Positions 19,790 through 30,317 of a stretch of DNA of 64,000 nucleotides are shown here, in pieces (the stretch's first letter is position 1; each line of letters begins with the position of its first letter). The stretch is from contig JAHHIC010000051.1 in the NCBI GenBank assembly GCA_019359035.1, positions 94,146-158,145 on the forward strand. Direction: 5' to 3'. Made by a program: the position numbers and the translations under genes. Source of the DNA: Scytonematopsis contorta HA4267-MV1 (lineage in GTDB: Bacteria; Cyanobacteriota; Cyanobacteriia; Cyanobacteriales; Nostocaceae). Under the pieces are notes generated by a model, which saw nothing but the letters and a program-made list of their open reading frames with translations, ran no database searches and was not told the DNA's origin.

Positions 19790-20902
19790 TTATATGGTAA
19801 ATTCTTCCAGAAGCACCGCTCCTTCATAGCTAATTTCAACTTGAAATTCCCCACCTATTTTTTCGCTAAATTCCAGTTGGATAGCATTATCAGTCTCTCT
19901 GGTACATACCTCTCGACTAATTGACTCAGATGTATTTGGGTTAAGAGTGACTTTTAATTTGAGGTCAGGGGGTAAAATTTTCTCTTCATAGGGAAGAACT
20001 TGCACAAGCACCACTCTTTCTTGATTTTCTTTGTCTTTGAGGTTAACAGTCAAAGCTAAACATTTGTTTTGTAGCAGTATGCCAAAATCAAATAATTTAG
20101 TCTGGGAGAAAGGGAAATCTTTTAATTCTTTCCGACTTCTGACACAACCCCAAGCTAAGTTATTGGGAATAGTATCCCAAACAGATTTAGTCGATTTCCA
20201 ACCTTCTTCGATTACTCCATCACACCATTTATCTAAATTTACCAAAGCTCGACCTAATTTAGTCTTAGTTTTGTTGATATTTCCAGAAACTTTTTCTATT
20301 AAACTGTTTTTATTTTCCGCAACTACTGGTAATTTAATTGCGGATGGTTCTAGGAAAGATATATACTGCAAGAGATTATTTAGTTCCCCATCAAACAAAG
20401 ATAAATTAAGTTGATAATTTCCATCTGTTTGCAGTGCAATATATCTCATTTGAGAATACTTTGACAATAAATCGTAACGCAAAAATCCGTGAATATTTAA
20501 TTGCTCTTCTTCTTCCAAAACCTCAACTAAAACATAAAAATGTGCTGCGGTATTATTAGAAGTAATCAGTTGTGCTGGAATACTGACAAAATTCTCTACC
20601 AAATTATCAAGCACGATTAAACATAGGCGATATTCACCTATGCTGAGAAAACAAATGTTTTCAAATGTAGCATCTCCGATATCTTTATTTATTATTGTAC
20701 CTGGTCGTCTTTCTCGCAGCCATTTTTCAAAACCATGTAGCGCAAGCGTGTTTAGATATGTTAACCATTGGTTTGTTTGGGTTATAGTTTGGCTATTCAT
20801 AAATTTCGCCTCATCTAAAGTTTCTGGTTCTAGCCACACAATTTTTGGTGATAATTTACTGGAATTATATGTAGAGTCTAAATCGTTTGCTAAATTACTC
20901 AT
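19790..20902 (-). CDS. DUF1822-family protein (cyanobacterial)
   Basis: The 370-aa ORF has length and sequence character typical of DUF1822. It is adjacent to a sigma-like gene, as is common for this family. Confidence 0.5.
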   Translation of the reverse strand: MSNLANDLDSTYNSSKLSPKIVWLEPETLDEAKFMNSQTITQTNQWLTYLNTLALHGFEKWLRERRPGTIINKDIGDATFENICFLSIGEYRLCLIVLDNLVENFVSIPAQLITSNNTAAHFYVLVEVLEEEEQLNIHGFLRYDLLSKYSQMRYIALQTDGNYQLNLSLFDGELNNLLQYISFLEPSAIKLPVVAENKNSLIEKVSGNINKTKTKLGRALVNLDKWCDGVIEEGWKSTKSVWDTIPNNLAWGCVRSRKELKDFPFSQTKLFDFGILLQNKCLALTVNLKDKENQERVVLVQVLPYEEKILPPDLKLKVTLNPNTSESISREVCTRETDNAIQLEFSEKIGGEFQVEISYEGAVLLEEFTI

Positions 20903-20980
20903 ATATTCTCCTATTATTATGTGTATTTACTTTGAATTATTATATTGGCTCCCTAGTTTTATTATAATCTTCAGATGACT

Positions 20981-22462
20981 TTATGCAACAACTAAGCTCT
21001 GAAAAGATGCACGAATTAAATTAGCTAGCAAACTATTTTTCATTTGTTTTTTACCTAAGATTAACTCTGATTTTGCCAAATCAAATGTTTGTTTACAAGC
21101 AAACTCTCTAATTGAAACAGAAATATTCTTTAAATATTCAGGGTCATGAGAGATAGCTTCAACTCGCTGTTTGTCTAATGATTGTAGAAGTTTTTGCGAA
21201 AATCTCTCCTCCGTTTGCGATTGAATGATATCTATAAAATTTTCAATCTCAAAAATGCGTCTAGCTTTAGACCAATTAACTCCCCACTGTTGACCAATTT
21301 CACTCATGGACATATTTTCTTGATAATAAAGTCGTAAACCTTCGGGAAAGTTTGTCGCAAAGTCTCTGTACCCTCGACTTTTTTGTAAAGTTTCGACCCG
21401 CTGGTGAATTACTTCGGGTATTATTTCTTTTAATACTTCTTCAAACATGCTTTTGCATAATTCTCCTAGCTTTTCCGATTCCAGTTCTTCTAAATTACGG
21501 TCTGTATAATACGGTAATTCTGGATTGGGTTGGTAATTGTTAGTTGAATTATCGTAAACTTCTGTGGGTACTGTTTTTGGACTACCTGTTTTTCTGTAAA
21601 GCCAATCTTCTCGTAAAATTTCAGCTATGCGGTGGAAATGGGATACTAGTTGTTTGGGGTCAAGAGTAATATTTTTTTGCTGCAAAAGTCCCAACATTTG
21701 TGATAACTGGTTTGCTGTTGGTTCCGTACAGCGTCCTTTGATTTGGGATTGCAGTCTATCCCGTTGGTAAACTTTTTGAAAGGCATTGATGATTTCTCTA
21801 TCACCTTGCAAAAGTAGCGCATCCATTTTAACAGGGATAGATTTACATAATAACGCCCAATCGGTAGGTGTTCCTAACCCAAAACTCCATAAAAAAGACC
21901 TGATATCATCATTATGGTTGGTAAGTCTTGTCACCCAGTTGTCCAAACTTTCGTTATTCCCTGGTTGTCTGTTGAATTTCCGCAAGATTTCGACGCTGAA
22001 AAATCTTCCTACTGTTGCTCCTTCTTTCACTATGGGTCTTGTTGTACCGTCTTTTTCTAAAACAAGTTGGGTTTTTCTTTCGCTATCCAAAATCACCAGC
22101 GTTCTACCATCGTCGTTTAAAACAAAGGGTAGTAAATCTGTATGGCTAAAAAGATTTTCTCCGGAAATTTTGTAAGTCTGGGGAATGGTTTTGCAAGCAA
22201 TTAAGATTCTCTCTGATATATAACACCGCAAACACAGCAGCGCTATGGCTTTTTGGTAAGCATCGTTGTGGGAATCGAAGATTGCTAGCAACTCGGTGTG
22301 AATGTGTTTGTTTTCTTCTGAGGTCAGTGTAGATTTGTTAGCTAGGTGGGGGAAGTGTTGTTTAAAAAATTCTTCTCCTTGAGCGATAATTTTTTGGTTT
22401 GTGGCTGGTCTATCTCCTCCTGTAGGTAGATGTATTTTCCAGTAGTTTGAGGGGTGAATCAT
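20981..22462 (-). CDS. sigma-70 region-4-containing regulator (atypical sigma-factor-like). The start is set at the ATG with a GAGGA RBS.
   Basis: The C-terminal LYYQENMSMSEIGQQWGVNWSKARRI resembles a sigma-70 region 4 HTH. Confidence 0.45.
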   Translation of the reverse strand: MIHPSNYWKIHLPTGGDRPATNQKIIAQGEEFFKQHFPHLANKSTLTSEENKHIHTELLAIFDSHNDAYQKAIALLCLRCYISERILIACKTIPQTYKISGENLFSHTDLLPFVLNDDGRTLVILDSERKTQLVLEKDGTTRPIVKEGATVGRFFSVEILRKFNRQPGNNESLDNWVTRLTNHNDDIRSFLWSFGLGTPTDWALLCKSIPVKMDALLLQGDREIINAFQKVYQRDRLQSQIKGRCTEPTANQLSQMLGLLQQKNITLDPKQLVSHFHRIAEILREDWLYRKTGSPKTVPTEVYDNSTNNYQPNPELPYYTDRNLEELESEKLGELCKSMFEEVLKEIIPEVIHQRVETLQKSRGYRDFATNFPEGLRLYYQENMSMSEIGQQWGVNWSKARRIFEIENFIDIIQSQTEERFSQKLLQSLDKQRVEAISHDPEYLKNISVSIREFACKQTFDLAKSELILGKKQMKNSLLANLIRASFQSLVVA

Positions 22463-22547
22463 GTTTGTTTTTTCCTCTTGCCTGATATGACTGGATGCTG
22501 ATGTTGCAGCCAATGAGTGGGAGGCTTTATTTTATTGCTTTCCGAGA

Positions 22548-22582
22548 GGCTGCGTTGATATATAGGTTAGGTTTTTTAGAGC
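22548..22582. repeat. 35-bp repeat GATATATAGGTTAGGTTTTTTAGAGCTATACAGTT, the 3'-flank copy
   Basis: Near-identical to 28829-28863 on the other side of the giant gene. Confidence 0.85.
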
Positions 22583-22717
22583 TATACAGTTTTGGGAAGA
22601 GACCGAGAAATAAAATATCCCATCATGTGGTAGCGCGTTCGCGAAGCGGCACCCTGCACGAACGTATTACAAAAAATAATGGAATATTGTTTATTTGAAA
22701 TTAGCTAATAAAACGGC

Positions 22718-25700
22718 TTAATTTTTACACAACAGTCTATCTTTGTCAGTGACATTTGACCTATCAATTTCCTTCAAATTATGTAAATCTCTTTGCAGTT
22801 GGTCGCATCCGCGCTTTAATAAATCATCTAAATCAAAATTCCAAACAATGTACGTGCCATCATTTGAGGGAGAAACAATTGTTTTACCGTCTGATGAAAA
22901 ACTGACGCTATTTATTGAATCTGAAACTTTGCCCAGGGTTATAATTTCCCTTCCTGTTGCAGCGTCCCACAATTTTATATTATTCAGGCTCTGCTTTTCA
23001 CCTATGGTATTTTTAGTACTATCAGACGCTGAGACAATAATTTTACCATCAGGCGAAAAATTTACGCTATTAACTTTAGCTTCATGTTTTTTAGGAGTAG
23101 CAAATAATATCTTATTACTGTTAACGTCCAAAATTTTTACTACTCTGTCATTAGTCGCAAAAGCAAGAGTTTTACCGTCAGGTGAAAAGCTGACACTATT
23201 AATTGCGGGAGGTTTGTTTTCGTTCGTGTTAAAAGGTTCAAAAGAGTCAAGGATGTCTGACAAGTCGTCAATAGCGTCTGTATTTGTTTGCCTTGTTGCT
23301 TCTTCTTTGTGTTCTTTAATGTAGCTTCCTTTTGCGACATCCCAAAATATCACTGTACCATCAGATGATGCAGAAGCAATAGTTTTACCGTCGGGGGAGA
23401 AACTGACGCTATTGACCCAGTTTGTATGTCTTTCAAGAGTCTTGATAACTTTGCCTATTTTTGCATCCCAGAGTTTTACCGTTTTGTCATCACTTGCAGA
23501 AGCTATAATTTCACCATTTGGTGAGAAGCGAACGCTATTGACTGAGGCTGAATGTCCTTTTAAAGTCTTGATTTCTTTTACTTTAGAAGTATCCCAGAGT
23601 TTAATAGTGGCATCAGAAGATGCAGAAGCAAGTATTTTGTTATTTGGGGAGAAACTGACACTTAATACCTCTGCTGTATGACCTTCAAGCGTTACGGGTG
23701 TTCCTTGAAAAGAACGTTTCCACAATTTTACCGTATTATCAGAAGACGCAGAAGCAATCTGTTTGCTATTTGGGGAAATGCTGACATCAAGCAGATAATC
23801 GAAGCTTGCTTCGAGAGACGCAATGGTACTTACTTGCCCACTATTAATATCCCATAACCTGACCGTATCACCGTTGCTAACAAAACGTATGATTTTACCG
23901 TCAGTTAAGAAGCTGAGATTCTTGACAGAAGATGGTCTTCTCAAAGTTTTGATTGAATTACCAGTAGTCGTGTCCCAGAGTTTTACCATTTTGTCATTAC
24001 TTACAGAAGCAAGAGTTTTGCCATCGTTGGAGAAAATTACGCTATTAACTTTGCTTGTATGTCCTTGAAAAGTTTTAATCAAAGCACCAGTAGCTGCATC
24101 CCATAGCTTCACCGTTCTGTCAGTACTTGCAGAAGCGAGAGTTTTGCCATCATTGGAGAAAATCACATTACTAACTCTGCCAGTATGTCCTTTGAGGGTT
24201 TTAATTGAATTACCAGTAGCTACGTCCCAGAGTTTCACCGTTTTGTCATCACTTGCAGAAGCAAGAGTTTCGCCATCTTTGGAGAAAATCACACTATTAA
24301 CTCCACCAGTATGTCCTTTAAAGGTTTTAATAGAATTACCAGTAGCCACGTCCCATAGTTTCACCGTTTTATCATCACTTGCAGAAGCAAGATTTTTGCT
24401 ATCGTTAGAGAAAATAACGCTATTAACACTTTCTGTACTTACTTTAAGCGTCTTATTAGAATTACCAGTAGCTACGTCCCACAGTTTTACTGTATTGTCA
24501 TCGATTGCAGAAGCGAAAGTTTTGCCATCGTTGGAAAAAATCACGCTTGTAACCCTATCTGTATCCCCTTTAAGGGTTTTAATTGAATTACCAGTAGCTG
24601 CGTCCCACAGTTTTATTGTATTGCTATCACTTACAGAAGCGAGAGTTTTACCATCGTTAGAGAAAATCACGCTTGTAACCCTGTCTGTACTTACTTTAAG
24701 GGTTTTAACGGAGATACCGGTAGCTGCATCCCACAGTTTCACAGTATTATTATCGCTTACAGAAGCAAGAGTTTTGCCATCGCTGGAGAAAATCACGCTT
24801 GTAACAATGCCTGTACGCCCTTCCAAAGTTTTAATAGAAGCACCAGTGGTTGCATCCCATAGTTTCACCGTTTTGTCATCACTTACAGAAGCGAGAGTTT
24901 TGCTATCGTTGGAGAAAATCACGCTTGTAACACTGCTTGTATGTCCTTCAAAAGTTTTAATAGAATTACCAGTAGCTACGTCCCAGAGTTTCACCGTTTT
25001 GTCATCACTTGCAGAAGCGAGAGTTTTGTCATCGTTAGAAAAAATCACCCTATTAACTCTACCTGCATGTCCTTTAAGGGTTTTAATGGAATTACCAGTA
25101 GCTACGTCCCATAGTTTCACCGTTTTGTCATCACTTAGAGAAGCGAGAGTTTTGCCATCGTTTGAAAAAATCACGCTATTAACTCTACCTGTATGTCCTT
25201 TAAGGGTTTTAATGGAATTACCAGTAGCTACGTCCCAGAGTTTAACAATTTTGCCATCACTTACAGAAGCGAGAGTTTTGCCATCGTTGGAAAAAATCAC
25301 ACTAGAAACCGAATCTTTATGTCCTTTAAGAGTATAAATGGAAGTACCAGTAGCTACATCCCAGAGTTTCACCGTTTTGTCGTAACTTGCAGAAGCGAGA
25401 GTTTTGCCATCGTTGGAGAAAAGCACGCTTAAAACTCTTCCTGTATGTCCTTTAAGAGTGTAAATGGAAGTCCCAGTAGCCACGTCCCAGAGTTTCACCG
25501 TGTTGTCGTAACTTGCAGAAGCGAGAGTTTTGCCATCATTGGAGAAAATCGCGTTATAAAACTGACCCGTATAAGTATGAATGTTAGTGCCAGTCGCTAC
25601 GTCCCATAGTTTCAAAGCTTTTTCACCTACAGAAGCGAGAGTTTTACAATCCCTGGAAACAATCACGTCATTAACTCCGCTTCCATACCTATCTCCTGTA

Positions 25701-28567
25701 TGTCCTTTAGGATTGTGGGTGATGACCGTTGGTTGAAAATCTAGCTGGCTTTGTAATGCACTTATCACTTCAATTTTAGTATCAGGTTCTGCCCATAAGC
25801 TAAAAATGTTACGTTGTAATTTCTGTGCGGCTTTGATAACATCTACTAGTGCTTCATTATTATCGCCTGCATCATGCCTTTGTACAGATTGGCTACTTAA
25901 TTGCCGTAGTTCTGCATCATTTCTGCGAATTTCGCTAATCCCCGCAAAAAACGAAACCACCAGCAAACCCATAACCAAGCTAAAAATAGTTAAATTGCGT
26001 CTAAATTTCTGCTGATGTTGTTGTTTATTTCTTTGTGTGATACTTTTTTTAATAAAATCACACTCTTTGTCAGTTAATTCCTCACCCCGTTGCTTGTACC
26101 AGTCCTCAGCGACTGAAAGTGCGGTTCCCTGCAATAATGAATCTGGATTTTGATTATTTTTCTCCCATTCTCGCTCATCTTGCTTTAATCTTTCTTGCCA
26201 AACTCTAAACTCGCGGTTATTTTCTATCCATTTGCGAAAAGTTCCCCATTCCCGAATTAATGCTTCGTGGACAATTTCTACTGTTTCCACTTTATTAATA
26301 TCATCTCTCCCCGTCACCACCAAACGCTTGTCGGCTAACTTTTGCACCAAGTCCCAATTTTTATCTCCTACATCCTGACGAGTTGCTACCCGTCGGGTGT
26401 CTTCTGTTCCTGCTCCTGGACTTACTAGCTGGATAAATATTTGTTCTGCTTTATATCTGTTATCTAAATCCTGCAATTGCAAAGCATCTAAAACTTCATC
26501 AGCATGTTTCGCTAAAGCTTTTTCTAAACCCCCTATTTCGTCATAAGCTTGGTGAGTTAAATACCAATTTTCTTGCTTCTCCCACAACTGCGTTAAAGCA
26601 AATTCTAACAGAGGTAAACGTCCGGGATGACTACCCAAATCATCGATTAACTTATTGGTTAAACCTGACTGCAATTCTACCTTCATTTTCAGAGCGGGTT
26701 TTTCAATCGCATCCCGTAACTCTTCCCTTTCCATTGGTGTGAGCAATAAAGGTGTATGCTCTTGCAAAGCTTTACCCAACAGGGAATTTAAGACTATTCC
26801 CAAAAAATCTGCTCTTAAAGTTAGCACTAAGGTAAAATTTTGTGCGTATTTAATTGTGAAATATAAAGCCTTTAGAAAACTCTGACGTTCTGTTTCTGGA
26901 GTGAGGGTGTAAAGTTCTTCAAATTGGTCAGCGACTAATACTAAACGTTGATATTTTGAAGAGGAAATTAAAGTTTGAATAACATCGCATAATTTTGTCT
27001 CATCATCGTGCCAATCTAACTCTAAATCTATTTGCGCTAATCTATTATCATTAATTTTTGACCTAACTTTTCTATGCTGTAATATTGACTTGTCAGAAAT
27101 ATCGCTTAAAGCCACAGCTAAGTTATCAAAAGGTTTATTTTCCGGACGAAAACTGACTATCCCGATATTACCGACATTTCGCAACTTTGGAAGCAACCCT
27201 GCAAACACAACGCTAGATTTACCGCTCCCAGAAGCACCGATGACAGCAACTAAGGGTTGATTATTTACCGCTTCTCGCAAACTAGCAATAAATTTTTCTC
27301 GACCAAAATAAAAAGCAGCGTCTTCTTCCCGAAATGCAGACAAACCACGATAGGGGTTATCGGGAAGTTCTCCTGTTAACCCTCCCAAATCCGACCAAGT
27401 TGGTGGAGCTTCGGTTGTATTTTGACAGATGACTGGTAACCAGGTTATCCCCGGTAGCTGGTTTTGCAAGTCTTGTTCATCTGCGAGTTCCAATAACTTA
27501 TCTCTGGCTTCCCCTACGGAAGTAAATAAAGATTTACCGCTTGCAAAAGAACTTAAAAAATATCCAATGAACTTTTGAGCAATGATATCTGGTACAACTT
27601 CACGCCAAACAATAATGTAACCTAAATTTAATTCCGCTAAATCTCTGGCTAAACCCAAACCATCGCAGGAATTGAATATCGCTAGCTTTAACCCATTAGC
27701 TATTGCTGCACTGAGTGTTTTTTTGATATCCGTTAAGCTGAGGGAATCCCGTGGGTTAATGTTGATGACTCCAGTTTGGGTATCGTTTTGGATATCGTTT
27801 TGGGTTTCACTATGCCCTGCAAAAAACAGGATATCACAAGGTTCTTCCCAAAGCATGTTAAAGTCCGCACGACTGGGTTCTGTGAGGGAAATTAATTCTG
27901 TTCCTCGTTTCTTCAATTTTTGCAGTAACTCTTTGTCTGTGTGAGTATCGATACCTTGACTATTGCCAAAAATACTGATGATTCTGGCTCTCCTAATTTT
28001 CTTAGCGGATTCATCTGTAGTCAGCTTGTTTGTAGTAGATTCATCTTTAGATACAAGAGTTTTAGCTGTGTGATAGTTAAAACAAAGAGCAGCTTCTTTT
28101 GTATAATTTTGAGATGGTAAATCTTCAGTAAAAAAATCCCATTCGTGCCAAGGTAGACGGTGTAAAATATCTTTTGTTGCGGAGGATGTCACTTTTTGTG
28201 TGTGGATTATCAAACGAATTTCTGAATCGGGGTACTGCCGCAATACTGACGATAATTTAGACTTGAGAGGCTGCAACCACTGATGCATTTGATGGCGTAA
28301 ATTCAGTGCTTCGTTGCGACAATCTCTTTCGGAAATATGAGTTACTTGGTTATTGGTAAAACCGCGTCGAGCATTCTTTGATAGTAAAGCATAATACTGG
28401 TATTTCCAATGTTCGTAGGAAAGAGGAATTTCAGTATTAGGAGATAACTGGGCTGACAACTGCGCGATTTTATTTGGTAAGGTCACAAATGTAACCGCAA
28501 ACTTATTTTTATCAAACCCGCTCTCAAAATTACCATCACCGAACTCTAAGTTTACAAATATTTCCAT
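22718..28567 (-). CDS. 1949-aa multidomain NLR-like protein. Domains in order: N-terminal domain of unknown function, CHAT (caspase-like) domain, STAND/NB-ARC-like NTPase, predicted TM helix, then about 25 WD40 repeats.
   Basis: The CHAT His/Cys dyad context is ILFFAGHSE...LAIFNSCDGLG. The NTPase region contains PYRGLSAFREEDAAFYFGRE and the P-loop VIGASGSGKSS. A hydrophobic segment, LTIFSLVMGLLVVSFFAGISEI, may be a TM helix. Many GH...WD units are present, and the repeats are highly similar at the DNA level. Confidence 0.85.
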   Translation of the reverse strand: MEIFVNLEFGDGNFESGFDKNKFAVTFVTLPNKIAQLSAQLSPNTEIPLSYEHWKYQYYALLSKNARRGFTNNQVTHISERDCRNEALNLRHQMHQWLQPLKSKLSSVLRQYPDSEIRLIIHTQKVTSSATKDILHRLPWHEWDFFTEDLPSQNYTKEAALCFNYHTAKTLVSKDESTTNKLTTDESAKKIRRARIISIFGNSQGIDTHTDKELLQKLKKRGTELISLTEPSRADFNMLWEEPCDILFFAGHSETQNDIQNDTQTGVININPRDSLSLTDIKKTLSAAIANGLKLAIFNSCDGLGLARDLAELNLGYIIVWREVVPDIIAQKFIGYFLSSFASGKSLFTSVGEARDKLLELADEQDLQNQLPGITWLPVICQNTTEAPPTWSDLGGLTGELPDNPYRGLSAFREEDAAFYFGREKFIASLREAVNNQPLVAVIGASGSGKSSVVFAGLLPKLRNVGNIGIVSFRPENKPFDNLAVALSDISDKSILQHRKVRSKINDNRLAQIDLELDWHDDETKLCDVIQTLISSSKYQRLVLVADQFEELYTLTPETERQSFLKALYFTIKYAQNFTLVLTLRADFLGIVLNSLLGKALQEHTPLLLTPMEREELRDAIEKPALKMKVELQSGLTNKLIDDLGSHPGRLPLLEFALTQLWEKQENWYLTHQAYDEIGGLEKALAKHADEVLDALQLQDLDNRYKAEQIFIQLVSPGAGTEDTRRVATRQDVGDKNWDLVQKLADKRLVVTGRDDINKVETVEIVHEALIREWGTFRKWIENNREFRVWQERLKQDEREWEKNNQNPDSLLQGTALSVAEDWYKQRGEELTDKECDFIKKSITQRNKQQHQQKFRRNLTIFSLVMGLLVVSFFAGISEIRRNDAELRQLSSQSVQRHDAGDNNEALVDVIKAAQKLQRNIFSLWAEPDTKIEVISALQSQLDFQPTVITHNPKGHTGDRYGSGVNDVIVSRDCKTLASVGEKALKLWDVATGTNIHTYTGQFYNAIFSNDGKTLASASYDNTVKLWDVATGTSIYTLKGHTGRVLSVLFSNDGKTLASASYDKTVKLWDVATGTSIYTLKGHKDSVSSVIFSNDGKTLASVSDGKIVKLWDVATGNSIKTLKGHTGRVNSVIFSNDGKTLASLSDDKTVKLWDVATGNSIKTLKGHAGRVNRVIFSNDDKTLASASDDKTVKLWDVATGNSIKTFEGHTSSVTSVIFSNDSKTLASVSDDKTVKLWDATTGASIKTLEGRTGIVTSVIFSSDGKTLASVSDNNTVKLWDAATGISVKTLKVSTDRVTSVIFSNDGKTLASVSDSNTIKLWDAATGNSIKTLKGDTDRVTSVIFSNDGKTFASAIDDNTVKLWDVATGNSNKTLKVSTESVNSVIFSNDSKNLASASDDKTVKLWDVATGNSIKTFKGHTGGVNSVIFSKDGETLASASDDKTVKLWDVATGNSIKTLKGHTGRVSNVIFSNDGKTLASASTDRTVKLWDAATGALIKTFQGHTSKVNSVIFSNDGKTLASVSNDKMVKLWDTTTGNSIKTLRRPSSVKNLSFLTDGKIIRFVSNGDTVRLWDINSGQVSTIASLEASFDYLLDVSISPNSKQIASASSDNTVKLWKRSFQGTPVTLEGHTAEVLSVSFSPNNKILASASSDATIKLWDTSKVKEIKTLKGHSASVNSVRFSPNGEIIASASDDKTVKLWDAKIGKVIKTLERHTNWVNSVSFSPDGKTIASASSDGTVIFWDVAKGSYIKEHKEEATRQTNTDAIDDLSDILDSFEPFNTNENKPPAINSVSFSPDGKTLAFATNDRVVKILDVNSNKILFATPKKHEAKVNSVNFSPDGKIIVSASDSTKNTIGEKQSLNNIKLWDAATGREIITLGKVSDSINSVSFSSDGKTIVSPSNDGTYIVWNFDLDDLLKRGCDQLQRDLHNLKEIDRSNVTDKDRLLCKN

Positions 28568-28828
28568 GACTCACCCGATAAATTTAATTGTATTACTTAG
28601 GCTAAAAAGTTAAAAAAAACAGCTTATTCGATAATTTGTGCAAGAGTTTGCTTAATTATTGTAGTACATAAATAGGTTACATGTAACATTTTATATTCTG
28701 TGATTTTACACATAAATAAGTGTGCAAACAGACCCGGAAGGAAAAATCTTGTTTGGGTCTGGTTACACCGCATTACACCCAATTAATTACCCGGAGACCT
28801 TATTTTGTAGCTTCCGGTAATCTACGTG

Positions 28829-28863
28829 GATATATAGGTTAGTTTTTTTTGAGCTATACAGTT
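28829..28863. repeat. 35-bp repeat, the 5'-flank copy of the element at 22548
   Basis: GATATATAGGTTAGTTTTTTTTGAGCTATACAGTT. Confidence 0.85.
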
Positions 28864-28866
28864 CCC

Positions 28867-28956
28867 GTTTCTGTAGTGCGGGCTTCCAGCCCGCTTCTCT
28901 ATCCCAAATGTGTAAATTTACAGTTTCTGTAGTGCGGGCTTCCAGCCCGCTTCTCG
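28867..28956. repeat. Two copies of the 33-nt hairpin element GTTTCTGTAGTGCGGGCTTCCAGCCCGCTTCTC, separated by 24 nt
   Basis: Read directly. The core GCGGGC-TTCCA-GCCCGC forms a stem-loop. Related copies lie at 54421 and 63980. Confidence 0.85.
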
Positions 28957-29107
28957 CGCAAATAGGGAGCAAGATGCTCCCACTACAAATTATTTTCACA
29001 AAATTGGGATGCTCCCAAAGTGTATATCCCCAAATTAAGTAAACATATTAATGATTAGAAAAGAGAAAGCAAATTATTAAATAACTAATTCACAAGGAGA
29101 ATTGATT

Positions 29108-30214
29108 ATGCTGAAAATAATTCGCGCAATGACTTTAACTACTTTTGTATTATCCACTCCTCTATTACTTTCATCTAGTGTATTCGCACAACAAAGACAA
29201 AATATACAGAATCAAGTTTCAACAACATCAACGACACCAACAAAAGAACCTATGCGACTAAATCTACTACCTCAAGATACTTTAATAGCAGAAGCAACAA
29301 AGCCTGCTGTTGTCCGAGTAGTTATTGGTTGCAAAGCACAAGTTAAATTCAACGGTAAAAACTACACCCCAGAAATTGATGGTCATGGTTCGGGTTTCTT
29401 TGTTAATCCTAATGGTTATATTGTTACCAACGCTCATGTAGTAGAATTGGTGGAACAAACAGCAGAATGCAAAGATATTCTGGCTATGAAGGCTTTAGAA
29501 CAGATATTAGAAGATGTTAATGATATTGAAGCATTTTCCCAAAAGTATCCAACAAAAGAAGATTTTATCAAGGATTTGAAGTTTGATAAAATCGAAACCA
29601 AAAAAGAAGTAATTTTAACTAATGGTGATAAATTACCTTTTGAAGTTGTAGTTTCCGGAAATCAAGAAGACAGCGGTCGAGATGTGGCTATTATTAAAGT
29701 CAATCTCAGAAATGCACCCTCACTTTTAATTGCGGATAGCAATCAAGTCCAAGTTCAACAGGATATTACTGCTGTAGGATATCCTGGTGTTGGTGATATT
29801 CCCCAAGAAAGAGGAGTAGGTTACAATGAACCTTCTTTTACTAATGGTAAAGTCTCTGCTCGTAAGTATATGAATGGTTCGTTGGTGTTACAGGTTAGCG
29901 CTGCTATTACTAATGGTAATTCTGGTGGACCTGTAATTAATAATAAAGGTGAAGTTGTCGGTATTTCTACATTTGCATATACCAAACAATCGGGTTTTAG
30001 TTTTATTGTTGCTAGCAATACAATTAAAGACTTTTTGCAACAAGCGGGTGTGCAGAATGATGAGGGAGTTGTTACCCAACGTTTTCGTACAGCCTTAAAT
30101 TCGTACAATCAGGGACAGTGCGAACAAGCAAGACAAAATTTTATTACAATACAGAGGTTGTTTCCTAAGCACCCAACTGTTGACAAATACTTACAAATAT
30201 GTAGTGTTAATTAG
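29108..30214 (+). CDS. secreted trypsin-like (S1/DegP-family) serine protease
   Basis: An AAGGAGA RBS precedes the ATG. A signal peptide is present. The His region reads HGSGFFVNPNGYIVTNAHVV and the Ser region reads GNSGGPVINNKGEVVGIS. Confidence 0.85.
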   Translation: MLKIIRAMTLTTFVLSTPLLLSSSVFAQQRQNIQNQVSTTSTTPTKEPMRLNLLPQDTLIAEATKPAVVRVVIGCKAQVKFNGKNYTPEIDGHGSGFFVNPNGYIVTNAHVVELVEQTAECKDILAMKALEQILEDVNDIEAFSQKYPTKEDFIKDLKFDKIETKKEVILTNGDKLPFEVVVSGNQEDSGRDVAIIKVNLRNAPSLLIADSNQVQVQQDITAVGYPGVGDIPQERGVGYNEPSFTNGKVSARKYMNGSLVLQVSAAITNGNSGGPVINNKGEVVGISTFAYTKQSGFSFIVASNTIKDFLQQAGVQNDEGVVTQRFRTALNSYNQGQCEQARQNFITIQRLFPKHPTVDKYLQICSVN

Positions 30215-30232
30215 ATATCTCCGCACAAAGAA

Positions 30233-30308
30233 TGTAGAGACGCGTTAGGAGCTCCGCTCGACTTCGTGAACGCAGAGCCTGCCGCAGGTATTATATCGCG
30301 TCTCTACA
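30233..30308. terminator. Hairpin-family element with an expanded loop: TGTAGAGACGCG...52 nt...CGCGTCTCTACA
   Basis: It has the same arms as the 19744 element. It is positioned just after the protease stop codon. Confidence 0.5.
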
Positions 30309-30317
30309 CTCAGTTAT

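Noticed and set aside
23412-25432. Plus-strand ORFs of up to 397 aa antisense to the WD40 region, and 22743-23324
   Set aside because: These are antisense artefacts of the long WD40 repeat gene. Their periodic, Leu/Ser/Val-rich sequence mirrors the repeat period.
28867-28956. Possible mini-CRISPR: two identical 33-nt palindromic repeats separated by 24 nt
   Set aside because: Only two repeats are present and the 24-nt spacer is shorter than is typical for CRISPR. No cas genes are nearby. The same element occurs singly elsewhere (54421, 63980), so it is a dispersed hairpin repeat.
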